Shown here piece by piece: positions 30,920-45,983 of a DNA stretch of 64,000 nucleotides. The stretch comes from Candidatus Bathyarchaeota archaeon (GTDB taxonomy: Archaea; Thermoproteota; Bathyarchaeia; TCS64), in assembly GCA_963769425.1 (NCBI GenBank), contig CAVYLP010000006.1:448001-512000 (forward strand), read 5' to 3'. The notes under the pieces are model-generated. The model saw only the letters and a list, made by a program, of their open reading frames with translations, did no database searches and was not told the DNA's origin. The translations under genes and the position numbers were made by a program. Position 1 is the first letter of the stretch, and the number at the start of each line of letters is the position of its first letter.

Positions 30920-31681
30920 TTGAGGCTCGACGACGAGATCGGGGAGCTGAGGAAGGAGCTCCAGAGCTTCCGTACTGAGACGCGGCAAAGACTAGAACTC
31001 ATAGAAAGCGAGGTCACAAAACAGGTGAGCCTGAACTATAACCGGGCGATCGTCGACTACCTGCAGAGCGCGACGCTTGATTTCATCGACTCGATGAAGT
31101 GTGAGAGGGGCGGGGATGCGGAGGCGAGGTGCAAACAGAAGATGAGGGAGACCCAGAGGCAGTACCTGGAGCTCCTGAAGGCTGGGAGGCTCAGGGATAG
31201 CCTCGGGGCTCTGAAGGAGGCAATCGAGGTCTCAACGGGGATGGAGAAGGGACTCGCCTCAAGCGGTAACATAGTATGCGCAGAGTGCATGAGGAAGGAA
31301 GCCGATTTCCTCGAAATCAATGGTGGCCTCCTCAGTCAGCTCACGATGCTGCAGGAGCCGTTGGCCCCGGTCTCGGACGAGAGAAGCACGATTGTGACGC
31401 TGGACCCTGTCGCGATGGAGCAGAGTGTCCTCGACCCTGTCGCCCATAGGGCGCGACTTCAGGTTATGCTGAGCATCTTCAAGGGGGAGAATAGGTTCGC
31501 TGACTTCACAGCAGCCACTGGATTGAAGGGGGGTCACCTGCTCTATCATATAAACAAGCTACTCGAGGGGGGTCTAGTCCAGCAATATGAGTCGAAGGAC
31601 TACGTGCTGACACGGAAGGGGCTGAAGACGCTTGTTCTCCTCGCGCAGATGGGGGACGAGCTCGCCCCCGCGGGGAACTGA
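30920..31681 (+). CDS. ArsR-like winged-helix regulator with Cys-containing N-terminal domain
   Basis: PVAHRARLQVM...GLKGGHLLYHINKL...YVLTRKG; Cys residues including CAEC. Confidence 0.75.
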   Translation: MRLDDEIGELRKELQSFRTETRQRLELIESEVTKQVSLNYNRAIVDYLQSATLDFIDSMKCERGGDAEARCKQKMRETQRQYLELLKAGRLRDSLGALKEAIEVSTGMEKGLASSGNIVCAECMRKEADFLEINGGLLSQLTMLQEPLAPVSDERSTIVTLDPVAMEQSVLDPVAHRARLQVMLSIFKGENRFADFTAATGLKGGHLLYHINKLLEGGLVQQYESKDYVLTRKGLKTLVLLAQMGDELAPAGN

Positions 31682-31784
31682 CTTGCGCCACCTCTTATAG
31701 TGGAAATAATTTTTATGGGCCGCTCCCGTGGCGGGGAGCCATTATGTTTTTAAGAATCGTCATGTGCATGTCTGTGGATAAACC

Positions 31785-32285
31785 TTGAACGCCAGGAACT
31801 TCAGGAACCCGGACCGCATGGCTTACACGCGGCGCAAGTTCATGGGCGGCATCCCCGGAAGCAAGATAGTAAAGTTCACCATGGGCAACACGGGCAAGAA
31901 GTTCCCGATGAGGGTTGAGCTCATAAACCTCGAGCACGGACAGATCAGGAACAACAGCCTAGAATCCGCCCGCATCGCGGCCAACAGACAGTTGGAGCTC
32001 CAGCTAGGCCATGACCTCTACGTGATGAAGGTGGTCCCGTTCCCCCATATAGTTCTGAGGGAGCACAAGAGAATTAACGTCGCCCAGGCTGACCGTTTCC
32101 AAGAGGGTATGAAGCGCCCATACGGTAAGCCCACTGGCACTGCGGCGCGCGTCAAGCGCGGCGAGCCTCTAATCGTTATCGAGGTCGAGAAGGAGGGTGT
32201 TGAGGTCGCGAGGGAGGCTCTCAAGAGGGCGATGGACAAGTGCCCGCTGCCGAGCAGGATCTTCGTCAAAGAGAACACTGAATAA
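31785..32285 (+). CDS. rpl10e: 50S ribosomal protein uL16 (L10e)
   Basis: QIRNNSLESARIAAN, FPHIVLREHK, ADRFQEGM..YGKP.GTAARV. Confidence 0.95.
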   Translation: MNARNFRNPDRMAYTRRKFMGGIPGSKIVKFTMGNTGKKFPMRVELINLEHGQIRNNSLESARIAANRQLELQLGHDLYVMKVVPFPHIVLREHKRINVAQADRFQEGMKRPYGKPTGTAARVKRGEPLIVIEVEKEGVEVAREALKRAMDKCPLPSRIFVKENTE

Positions 32286-33135
32286 GACCGGTCCTTTCTA
32301 CCAGGTCTTTTAGATTTTCCTCCTTCTAGAAATAGTAGTCGTATCGGCTTTGGCGATTTATCTAGGAAGTCTCTATTTACGTTGCCTTGTTTCTAAATTG
32401 ACAAAAGACGACCTAAAAAAGGCCCTAAACACCATCACACCAAATAGATCCTTCCGAAACCGAGACCCTGAACTCACCCAAGAGACGACAAATCCAGCGA
32501 GGATCTTAAACTAATTCATCGGCATCACTCCTCCTCACCTGCACCACACAGGCTTCCCAGTAAATCCCGTTGCATACTCCCCCACACACTCAGCTATATA
32601 TAGTGACGTCGTCGGGGACGCGTCGCCGGAACCATCTGAAACGTGTCCAAAACCATTGAATAACTACTGAAAACCGTTGCATTCCAGATGCCTTCAACAA
32701 TCATTGAAAGGAGTGGATCGCGGTTCATTGAACGATGTGAATGTAGGCGCTGTGAGTTGGCGCCATTCAATCTAAGGCGTAACACTCTTTGGATGTGTTC
32801 ATTCATCGGTGTGAAGGCGTCCCGCGGAAACACCTTATTAGTGGTTACCACTTATGGGGGAAACATCGTGGCGAGTGGGTTAGCGAGGAAAGCTCGAGGA
32901 GTTGATCCTCTCAACCGGTTGTGGGGGGTTATGGCTGTTTAAAACCAGTATTATATAATAAAGGGACTTGGCAGCGCGAGTTCACTGGAAGAGGTGGCAG
33001 TACTTCGCCGCCGCCATTATTTCAGGATATTTTGGCCGATTTCGTGATTTGGGACTTTTTTCTGGCTCTGTTGGCGACGAAAATGCACGGATGCCCATCG
33101 ATTAGAGCACCCCGCTAAAAATGGAGGGTCCTTAG

Positions 33136-34513
33136 TTAGATTTTGCCATACTCCCAGAGGAACGCAGCGCTCATCTTAGCCGTAGTGAGGAACTCCTCGA
33201 CGCCTATCCACTCGTTTGGGGCGTGCGCGTAGTGTGGGGGCATGGCGTCGCTCCCTGAGGAGGCGGAGACCATCCTTAGTGGTGGGGCCGTGTAGTACAT
33301 GCTGGGGCTCGTGCCTCCACTCATCGGGTAGATGAGTGGCTCGTTGAAGCCTAGGTCCCGTATCGCGGCTCTGTGCGCAGCGACTATCCTCGTGTCAGCG
33401 GCGCTCCTGTGGGCGTTCGCCTTCCAGCCGTTGAGCCTTAGCTCGACGTCTGTGAAGCTGTGCGTCTTGAGGTGGGTCTCGACCTTGCCCCAGACATCGT
33501 CAGCGTCCATGCCGGGGACCAGGCGGATGTCCATGTTCACCTTAGCCCACGGCGGATTGATGGTGTATGCGGCGGGTCCGACGTAGCCGGACTGGAGCCC
33601 GTTTATGGTCAGGGTTGGCTCGAACATATAGGCCTGTATAAGGTCCGCGCCGTGGAGGCCACGCATGAAGCCCTTGACACCCCACTGCCTCTTCATCTTC
33701 TCCTCCTCACCCGCTCTCGGCGAGCTTTTCGAGTAGCTCCCTATCGCCGGGCTCGGGTCCCTTTACTCCGTCGTAGAAGCCTTCGATGGCGATCCGGCCA
33801 TCTTCGCCCTTCATACTCTCCAGCGCCCAGACGAGGCGCCAAGCGGGATTCTCGACGACTGGGGCGCAGCTGCTGTGGACGGGCCCGCGATTGTGGTCGC
33901 AGACCAGCTGGAGGTCTATGCACCCTTTCCCTCCGAGGGTGATCCTCGTATCCTTATATGCGGTGCTGAAGGTGCTTGGGCACCACTCGGCCTCGGCTTT
34001 GAGTATCTTCTCCGGGTGCTCCTTTAGGAATCGGCGCAGCTGCCAGCTACCGACTTCCTCCTCGCCGTCGAAGGTGAAGACTATGTTGACGGGGATGCCA
34101 ACGGTCTCGCGGAGAGCCTTGATGGCCATGAGCTCAGCGACGAGTGCCCCTTTGCTATTGATGGCGCCGCGAGCGACTATCTTATCGTCCACTAGCTTCG
34201 CCTCGAAGGGGCCGCTCGCCCACTTGTCGAGTTCGCCGACGGGCTGGGTGTCGTACATTTGATACGCAGTCAGGGTATGATGCGCACCGGGGCTCAGCAG
34301 CTTGCCGTACACCACCGGGTTGCCCTCCCCCTCGACTTGGACAAGTTCGGTTTGGGCCCCAGTTTCCTGGATCATCTCGCGCACCATCTCGGCGCACCGG
34401 TAGACGTTCTCCCGCTCCATCGAGACGCTCGGCTGCCGGAGAAGCTCCTGGCAACGACGAACGTATTCGTCGCGGTTGGCGTCTATCTGTCTGAACACGT
34501 TTTCTAGGGACAT
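33136..34513 (-). CDS. M20 (ArgE/DapE-like) peptidase, frameshift at ~33707-33712
   Basis: MYDTQP, ARGAINSKG, GEEEVGS; C-half PTLTINGL.SGY, DIRLVP, HAPNE. Confidence 0.85.
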
Positions 34514-34576
34514 CTTTTCCCGATGCCATTCCTCCCCCGGAGCCTATTTTAACGTTACAACCCATCGTCTAGTTGC

Positions 34577-35579
34577 ATGTACGAGCTCGAGCTTGAGAAG
34601 GTCGTAGCCGAGATAGGGAGGCGGGGAGCGAGGAGGGTCCTCCTACAGCTGCCAGACGGTATGCGCCCGTTCGCCTTCCAGATAGCAGATTACATACGGA
34701 AAGCTACCCCTGTCGAAGTGATCATAAGCGGCGACTCCTGCTATGGAGCCTGCGACCTTGCATCGAGGCAAGCATCGGAGCTCAGTGTCGATCTCCTGAT
34801 CCATTATGGCCACGCCTCTTTCGTTACCGACGTTGGCATACCCGTCCTCTACGTGGAGGCGAGAATTCCGATCGACGTCTCGAAGATGGTTGAGGCGGTC
34901 CTCCCTAGCATCGAAGGAGTGGGGGAGGGTCGGTTTGACGAGTACTGTACAACACACCCCCCAGCTCAGGGAGGTGGCAGAGGCCCTAGACCAGAAGGGG
35001 ATCAAAGCCCTTGTCGGTGAGGGGGCGGATGAGACCCCCGAGGCGGGGCAGGTCCTCGGATGCAGCTACTCCGCCGCAACAAGGCTCCCGGAGGATGTCG
35101 ACGGATATATATTCATAGGCGGTGGGAGGTTCCACGCGCTCGGCCTCGCCCTGACGACGGGGAAGCCGATCATCGTCGCCAACCCCTACAACGGAAGCGT
35201 GACGAGGCTCGACGAGTCTGAGCTCATGCAGCTCGCCAAGAGGCGGATGGCCTCCATAAACGCCGCCAAGGCGGCGAAGATGATCGGAGTGCTCGTCAGT
35301 TCAAAGCCGGGGCAGCGCGACCTAGCCGAGGCCATGGTCATAGCCGAGAAGCTCGGGGACAGGGAGAAGACGGCTTTCCTCATCTACCTCGATGAGGTGC
35401 GGGCCGATCAGCTGAACAACTTCACAGAACCCGAGGCGTTCATCGAGACGGCCTGCCCCCGCATAGCCATAGACGGCGTCGCTGGGGTCGAACGCCCCAT
35501 ACTCACCGCCGCTGAGGCACGCGTCCTGCTCGGGGAGAGGACCTGGGAGGAGACTTGGGGCCGCGGCTATCTAGGCTAG
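34577..35579 (+). CDS. dph2: Diphthamide biosynthesis enzyme Dph2, frameshift near 34913
   Basis: LLQLPDG, CYGACD, HYGH, GQVLGC, GGGRFH, KPGQ, TACPRI. Confidence 0.9.
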
Positions 35580-35684
35580 GAAGCTTCACCAATCAGTTTA
35601 TTAAAAAGCGGGAGCATAAACAGGGTCGGTCCCTAGGGGATCGGCTCGTAGTGCGGCGGTTTCCGACGCAGCAGGCGCGATGAA

Positions 35685-36263
35685 ATGTCTAAGGCAGGAA
35701 ACATCAAGAGGAAGGTCTTCCCCGGCGAAGAACTCGCGGTCATAGAGGAGTACAACAAGGGGGAGGGCAGCTATCAGGATGATGGGCTGGTCCGATCCGA
35801 GGAACTCGGCGAGACGAGGCTCAACAGGGAGAAGAGGGCCCTAGAGGTCAAGAAGGTAACCAAGCCGCTCAACCTACCCGTCGAGGGCTCTATAGTGATA
35901 GCCGAGGCCGGCTCGATCACCCGAAGGGACGCGAGGGTCGACATCTTCCGTATAAACGGCAAGAAGATCCAGCCCACATACACGGGTGTCATCCACATAA
36001 GCGACGTCGCCCGCGAGTTCGACAGGAACCTGGAGATGGCAATCCGCAGCGGCGACATCGTCCGCGCCGTCGTCGCGAACACGAAGAACACGATCATACA
36101 GCTCAGCATAGCTGGCCCCGAGTTCGGCGTCGTCTACGCCTACTGCAGTAGGTGCGGCGGGATCCTCGAGAACGAGAAGGGTCGCCTGACGTGCCCCAGT
36201 TGCAAGCGCGTCGAGCGCCGCCAGTACGCAAAGAGCTACGGTAAGGAGGATATATCGTCTTGA
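35685..36263 (+). CDS. csl4: Exosome subunit Csl4
   Basis: VFPGEELAVIEEY, GVIHIS, GDIVRA, GVVYAYCSRCG...CPSC zinc ribbon. Confidence 0.92.
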   Translation: MSKAGNIKRKVFPGEELAVIEEYNKGEGSYQDDGLVRSEELGETRLNREKRALEVKKVTKPLNLPVEGSIVIAEAGSITRRDARVDIFRINGKKIQPTYTGVIHISDVAREFDRNLEMAIRSGDIVRAVVANTKNTIIQLSIAGPEFGVVYAYCSRCGGILENEKGRLTCPSCKRVERRQYAKSYGKEDISS

Positions 36264-36553
36264 AGCTCAACATAATCAAGGAAGAGGAAGGCTACGTCGA
36301 GGTGGAGTTTGGTGGCGAGAGCCACACGCTCCTCAACCTCCTGCAGTCGAGCCTCCTAGAGGACCCCGCCGTCGAGATGGCGGGCTACACACGTCCACAC
36401 CCCCTGATGGACAGGAGCAGGCTCTTCATCAGGTTCAAGGGGAAGAAGGCGAACCCGATGGAGATACTAAAGAAGGCAGCGGATAACGCCGAGGCTAAGC
36501 TTAATGAGTTTGACGAGGGCCTGAAGAAGGGCGTCTCCACCCTTAAGAAGTAA
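36260..36553 (+). CDS. rpo11: RNA polymerase subunit Rpo11 (L)
   Basis: GESHTLLNLL...V..AGY..PHPL. Confidence 0.92.
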   Translation: MKLNIIKEEEGYVEVEFGGESHTLLNLLQSSLLEDPAVEMAGYTRPHPLMDRSRLFIRFKGKKANPMEILKKAADNAEAKLNEFDEGLKKGVSTLKK

Positions 36554-36580
36554 ACAGCCCATCTTATTATCGAAGGTAAC

Positions 36581-37066
36581 TTGACCCTTCAGAGGCTACG
36601 CCAGATCAAGAGGGAGATCAGGGTACTAGGCGTGGCTGCTAGGCAAGGCTCCGACGGCTTCACCATCGTCGGTGTAGTCTACAGAGGAAATCTTTGGCTC
36701 GACGGTGTTCTGAGGGCGTACTCCGAGGAGATGGACATCACCGACGCTCTCGCTAAAATGCTCTTCGATTCGCCTCACGCTGGGCAGGTCCGAGTAATAA
36801 TGCTGAGCAAGGAGAACCTACCTAAAGAGGTTCGCATCTCCCTTGAGGAATTAAGCACGAAGACGGGTAAGCCCGTTATCTTGCTGGGCGATATAGTAGG
36901 AAACATCTTCACGTGGAATAGTGGTGATGAGAAAGTAACCTTTTCCGTGGTGGGTCTCAGCCGCTGGTCCGCCGAAGGGGTCCTGAGGGCGTCAACGCGC
37001 GAAGGAGTCATCCCGGAGGCCCTACGGGTGGCCGCCTTGACACTATCCGCGCTACCCGACGGGTAA
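36581..37066 (+). CDS. DUF99 family (endonuclease V-like) protein
   Basis: IKREIRVLGV, VGVVYRG...LDGV, IPEALRVA; conserved position between rpo11 and tfs. Confidence 0.8.
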   Translation: MTLQRLRQIKREIRVLGVAARQGSDGFTIVGVVYRGNLWLDGVLRAYSEEMDITDALAKMLFDSPHAGQVRVIMLSKENLPKEVRISLEELSTKTGKPVILLGDIVGNIFTWNSGDEKVTFSVVGLSRWSAEGVLRASTREGVIPEALRVAALTLSALPDG

Positions 37067-37125
37067 GATGCATAAGGTATTAATACAGCCCATCCGGGTT
37101 ACAGGCTGTGATGGAGGAGTAAAAA

Positions 37126-37446
37126 ACGAAATTCTGCTCTGAGTGCGGGACAATGTGCACCGTCGACCACAAGAAGAGGTGCTACGTCTGCCCCAAGTGC
37201 GGTGCCGAGCAGCCGATGACAGAAGAAATGAAGATAACGCGCGAGACCAAGGAGACGGATAAGATCGTCGTCATTGGCAAGAAGGAGCAGAACCTCCGAA
37301 CCACGCCCCAGGTCAAGGCGGAGTGCCCCAAGTGCGGCAACGACAAGGCGTACTGGTGGATGGTCCAGACCAGGGGCATAGACGAGTCGAGCACCCAGTT
37401 CTACAGGTGCACGAAATGCGGCCACACGTGGCGCGACTACAGCTAA
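37126..37446 (+). CDS. tfs: Transcription factor S (TFS/RpoM)
   Basis: (T)KFCSECG...CPKCG N-ribbon; CPKCGN...QTRGIDE..TQFYRCTKCGHTWR C-ribbon; full N-ribbon needs start at ACG 37126. Confidence 0.92.
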   Translation, partial: TKFCSECGTMCTVDHKKRCYVCPKCGAEQPMTEEMKITRETKETDKIVVIGKKEQNLRTTPQVKAECPKCGNDKAYWWMVQTRGIDESSTQFYRCTKCGHTWRDYS

Positions 37447-37594
37447 ACCACACTAAACGACGGTTTATCACACATCCTATCCCGCTAAACGGTTCTTCGC
37501 ATTTTCATTCGGGAGCATCTGGGATGGTGAATATCCTTTTATTCCCTCTGGTCCTAGGCTAAGACAACCAATTCCAATCTAAGGAGACATTGAT

Positions 37595-38347
37595 TTGTTC
37601 GAGGTAGAGGTTTCCAGTATTGATCCGTTCCGCAACCTGATCAAGGCACTAAGCGTCATAGTCGAGGAGGGCACGTTTGTGATGAACGAGGCCCAGATCA
37701 AGCTCCTAGCCATGGACCCGAGCCACGTCGCCATGGTAGACTTCGAGCTACCCGCCGACTTCTTCGACGCCTACAAGTGCGAGGGGGAGCCCCACCTCAG
37801 CATAAACATAAAGGAGTTCCTCAAGTTCCTCGACCGCGTCGACAAGGACGAGGAGACCTGGATACGCCTCGACGAGGAGAAGGCCAGGCTGGTGATCCTC
37901 TGCAAGCGCGGCGGCCACAGCAGGCGCTTCGAGATGCCCATCCTCGAGCCCATCGACGACGAGGTGCCCCAGCCGAAGATATTCTTCAAAGCGAAGGCGC
38001 GCCTCATCACGGACAGCCTTCGTAATGCTATTCGAGACGCGAACCTTGTCAGCGAGCATGTTAAGGTCGCCGTCGAGGGCGAGATGCTGAAGATCAGCGC
38101 TAACGGTGACATGGGGAGTGCCCACAGCGAGTGGGAGAAGGGGAGCGACGACCTCCTCGACCTCAAGGCCGAGGAGGACAGCAGCGCCACCTTCACCCTA
38201 AGCTACCTCAACGAGATAGCCAACGCAGCGGGCAGCAGCAGCGAGGTCGCCACCATCGAGCTGAGCACAGACATGCCCATAAAGATGGACTTCGAGCTCC
38301 CGAAGGGGAAGCTCGTCTACTACCTCGCCCCCTGCATCGGCGTCTAA
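37595..38347 (+). CDS. pcn: PCNA sliding clamp
   Basis: AMDPSHVAMVD, TFTLSYL, YYLAP. Confidence 0.95.
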   Translation: MFEVEVSSIDPFRNLIKALSVIVEEGTFVMNEAQIKLLAMDPSHVAMVDFELPADFFDAYKCEGEPHLSINIKEFLKFLDRVDKDEETWIRLDEEKARLVILCKRGGHSRRFEMPILEPIDDEVPQPKIFFKAKARLITDSLRNAIRDANLVSEHVKVAVEGEMLKISANGDMGSAHSEWEKGSDDLLDLKAEEDSSATFTLSYLNEIANAAGSSSEVATIELSTDMPIKMDFELPKGKLVYYLAPCIGV

Positions 38348-38364
38348 GAATAGCAGCGGGGCCC

Positions 38365-38961
38365 CTACAGCATCTTTTTCATGGCCCCGTATCCCTTCTC
38401 GAAGGCCCTGTTGTTGGCTTCTAAGAACCTCTTCGACAGGGACTCGCTCATGGCCTTCAACAGAGATTCCATTGATAGGATATTCTCCCCAAGGGCTGCG
38501 TAGGCTCCCAGGATGACGATATTTAGGCTAGCCGGTGCGTCCACGCTTAAGGCGAGTTCGCGGGCATCGACCCTGTAAACCCTACAGCCGATCCGCTCTA
38601 GCGCAGAGGTAACCTTTGATAGTTCCGGATATGCGGCCTCCTTGAGGAGAACTGGTATTGGGTAGACGGGGGCGGTGCTGAGGATGACCCTCGTCCCCGG
38701 GCTTAAGTATTCAGGCGCACGCACGGCCTCGGAGGGCTCGAGGCTGAGGAGGACGTCACATCTCCCCCTCGGTATCAGGGAGCCGTGGACATCCCCGCCT
38801 ATCCTGACGTGGCTCTGGACGGAGCCACCCCGCTGGGCCATTCCAAGGGTCTCCCCGACCCTGACGTCCAAGCCCTCGTCGAGTGCGGCGTGGGCGAGGA
38901 TGCGGGCCAAGGCTATACCACCCTGTCCCCCTATGCTGGTTATGAGGATGTTGTGCTCCAA
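38365..38961 (-). CDS. iorB: Indolepyruvate:ferredoxin oxidoreductase beta subunit
   Basis: IGGQG, ETLGMAQRGGSVQSHVRIG, LEPSEA, N..AF..G; TTG start at 38961. Confidence 0.9.
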   Translation of the reverse strand: MEHNILITSIGGQGGIALARILAHAALDEGLDVRVGETLGMAQRGGSVQSHVRIGGDVHGSLIPRGRCDVLLSLEPSEAVRAPEYLSPGTRVILSTAPVYPIPVLLKEAAYPELSKVTSALERIGCRVYRVDARELALSVDAPASLNIVILGAYAALGENILSMESLLKAMSESLSKRFLEANNRAFEKGYGAMKKML

Positions 38962-38962
38962 G

Positions 38963-40825
38963 TCACTCCCCCTCCCCGATGGCGTGGACTGGGCAGACCT
39001 GCGAGCAGAGCCCGCAGCCTGCGCATGACGCCTCATCTATTACCATCTTTCCCCCCTCGACGTTCATCGCGGGGCAGCTGAGGGTGCGGATGCAGACGAG
39101 GCAACCCGAGCACTTCTCCACGTCAACCCTGCGGGGTAGGCTGAGGGACCTCTGCCGGCCCGCGACGAGGGAGCAGACCCTCCTAAGAATGACAGCTGAA
39201 GGCACGTCGCGGAGTATCGCGTCCTTGAAGGCGTCCGTGCTCGCCCTCAGGTCGTAGGGGTCCACAACAGCGACCTCCTCGATCCCCGAAGCTCTGAGCA
39301 TATCCTCGATCTTGACGGACGGTTGCCCCGACGAGAGTGAGGCTGGCGAGGGCTGGTGGCCCGTCATTCCTGTGATCTGGTTGTCCAATACCGCGATGAC
39401 GAGGGGTGTTTCCCTCCACCCGGCGTTTATGGCGGGAGGAATCCCGGCGTGAAAAAACGTCGAGTCCCCTATGGTTGCGATCACCGGCGTCTTGACGCCC
39501 GCGTACTTGAGCCCGATGGCGTTCCCGATGGAAGCGCCCATGCTCACCTCCGTCCAGCAACTGTTCCACGGCGGATACATCCCGAGGATCGTGCAGCCTA
39601 TGTCACCCGTGACGATGACCTCCTCCTTCTTGAAGCCCAGCTCCCTGAGGGCGTTGGTCAGGGCCGTGTAGGTCCCCCTGTGTGGGCAACCTGCACAGAA
39701 GGGGAGGCTCCGAGGAGGAGCGAGCGCCCTCGCTTCCTTCCGTGCTGAGTCGAGGCTAGGGTCACTCTCGGTGGGGGTCTTATTTGTAAGGGAGTCCATC
39801 GCGCCTTGGACTAGCTCGTTATCATACTCCCCTATCCGGGGGAGGGCGTCGTCCAGCTTCCCAATCACCCTTACCCCGCCGCCTATGTCGGCTACCATAG
39901 CCTTGACCTGCAGCTCCACAAAGGGCTCAAGCTCCTCCAGCACGAGTAGAGAATCTACGTGATTCAACATCCTCCGGATCATTCTCGATGGAAGGGGGTT
40001 CACGGTCCCGATCTTCAGCGTGGAGACCCTGTAATCCCCTGAGGCGAGGACGTCCTCCAGGTAGCCCCATGTGGCCCCCACTGCGATGACGCCGAGCCTC
40101 GAATCAGACATCAGTTCGAACCTGTTGAACGGCGAGGACTCGAACTCTCCGCGCACCTCCTCGATGCGCTCATTGAGCACCCTGTGCTGGTTCTTCACCC
40201 ATAGGGGGGAGGCACGGGTGAATCGGCTTATGTCCTTCCTCAGGTGGAGCTTTGACTCGACCTTTTTGATCTCCCCGAGGCCTACTGGGGCCTTCCCATG
40301 GGCAACTCTTGAGGTTGATCTAACTAGTACGGGTATCTTGTGCCTTTCGGAGAGGTCGAAGGCGGAGACGATCATATCCTTCCCACTCTGGGGGTCGGAC
40401 GCGTCGAGCATCGGGAGAGGGCAGGCCGAGGTGAAGAGCCGGCTGTCCTGCTCCTCCATCCCAGCGTGGGCTCCGGGGTCGTCGGCCACGTAGATCACGA
40501 GTCCGCCGACGACGTCCCCGTAGGCCACCGACATTATCGAGTCCGAGGCGACGTTGAGTCCCGCGCTCTTCATCGTGACTAGGCATCGGGAGCCGCCGAA
40601 GCTGACCCCCGTCGCGATGTCGAAGGCGACCTTCTCGTTGACCGCCCACTCGGCGCGGACCCCACTCTCTCCGGCTCCTTGTATGAGTGTCTCGATGACC
40701 TCCGTCGAAGGGGTCCCCGGGTAGCCTACAGCGAACTTGACGCCCGCCTCGAGGGCCCCACGGGCCACCGCCTCGTTGCCCATGAGGAGATGAATACGGT
40801 CCGCTCCATGTACCACAAACCTCAC
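38963..40825 (-). CDS. iorA: Indolepyruvate:ferredoxin oxidoreductase alpha subunit
   Basis: LMGNEAVARGA, YPGTPSTE, NEKVA, EQDSR, CAGCPHR, GDIGC, GDSTFFH, C-terminal ferredoxin motifs. Confidence 0.93.
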   Translation of the reverse strand: MRFVVHGADRIHLLMGNEAVARGALEAGVKFAVGYPGTPSTEVIETLIQGAGESGVRAEWAVNEKVAFDIATGVSFGGSRCLVTMKSAGLNVASDSIMSVAYGDVVGGLVIYVADDPGAHAGMEEQDSRLFTSACPLPMLDASDPQSGKDMIVSAFDLSERHKIPVLVRSTSRVAHGKAPVGLGEIKKVESKLHLRKDISRFTRASPLWVKNQHRVLNERIEEVRGEFESSPFNRFELMSDSRLGVIAVGATWGYLEDVLASGDYRVSTLKIGTVNPLPSRMIRRMLNHVDSLLVLEELEPFVELQVKAMVADIGGGVRVIGKLDDALPRIGEYDNELVQGAMDSLTNKTPTESDPSLDSARKEARALAPPRSLPFCAGCPHRGTYTALTNALRELGFKKEEVIVTGDIGCTILGMYPPWNSCWTEVSMGASIGNAIGLKYAGVKTPVIATIGDSTFFHAGIPPAINAGWRETPLVIAVLDNQITGMTGHQPSPASLSSGQPSVKIEDMLRASGIEEVAVVDPYDLRASTDAFKDAILRDVPSAVILRRVCSLVAGRQRSLSLPRRVDVEKCSGCLVCIRTLSCPAMNVEGGKMVIDEASCAGCGLCSQVCPVHAIGEGE

Positions 40826-41007
40826 CCGCAGATGAAGATATTAGCCCCTCACATGGTATAATTCAGTTGCGAGCATGAATCGAATAAGCGGGTAAAACGA
40901 TTGGAAGATGGTTCCGACTCCGAAATCTACTACTAAGCACTTCCTAAATATCGAATTGAATGACAAACCCAGTATCCACTGGGGGTGTTTGCTTCTAAGA
41001 AGTGTGA

Positions 41008-41054
41008 GAAGCCGTGGATCAGGTTCCGATATCTCCTGTAGGATCGAGTCATGA
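41008..41054 (-). other. 3' arm of the 23S processing stem (bulge-helix-bulge)
   Basis: Inverted repeat of 44070-44111 with 3-nt bulge / 4-bp CTCC:GGAG / 3-nt bulge. Confidence 0.85.
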
Positions 41055-44069
<3,015 letters not shown>

Positions 44070-44111
44070 GACCCGGTCCCACAGCTGGAGTCGGAACCTG
44101 TGCACGGCTTC
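44070..44111 (-). other. 5' arm of the 23S processing stem (bulge-helix-bulge)
   Basis: gaagccgtgcacaggttccga-ctcc-agc-tgtgggaccgggtc pairs with the downstream arm. Confidence 0.85.
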
Positions 44112-44245
44112 ATAGCCTCTTCGAGGGATTCCATCCCCCCGTGGCTCGCCCTTAGCCCCGCGAGCTGTGCTCGGGAGCCGCATATTGTGAGATTGATTTG
44201 GGTCGGGTAGTTACTTCCCCCGCATTCACTGCGTCGTTCTTTCTT

Positions 44246-45743
<1,498 letters not shown>

Positions 45744-45960
45744 GAATCCGCAAGTCTGTTAACACAGGAATGCGGGAGAGTTCTGTACCTACCCGACCCA
45801 TATCCGACCCGAAGGGGTGTGACCCCTTTGCTCAGGTCGTCATACCTGTTTCCGCCACTGGAGCCGATCCTTCATCCTGAGGCCAAACGCCTCTGTCGGA
45901 TCGAAGCCGCCGACTATGGGCGGAAGACGCTCGACGCGCCAACAGCCATACATCTGGCTG

Positions 45961-45983
45961 TAGATAAAAACGTTATGTTTTCG
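45961..45983 (-). promoter_or_regulatory. Probable rRNA operon promoter
   Basis: TTTTTATCTA TATA-like box with purine-rich CGAAAA upstream, about 220 nt before the 16S 5' end. Confidence 0.5.

Noticed and set aside
995-35020. Programmed ribosomal frameshifting in pfkB, the amidohydrolase, aor, the M20 peptidase and dph2
   Set aside because: No shared slippery heptamer or stimulatory structure; mixed insertions and deletions across the window fit sequencing error
44112-44245. tRNA-Ala in the 16S-23S spacer
   Set aside because: No cloverleaf or TTCGA T-loop; only short hairpins and processing-stem arms
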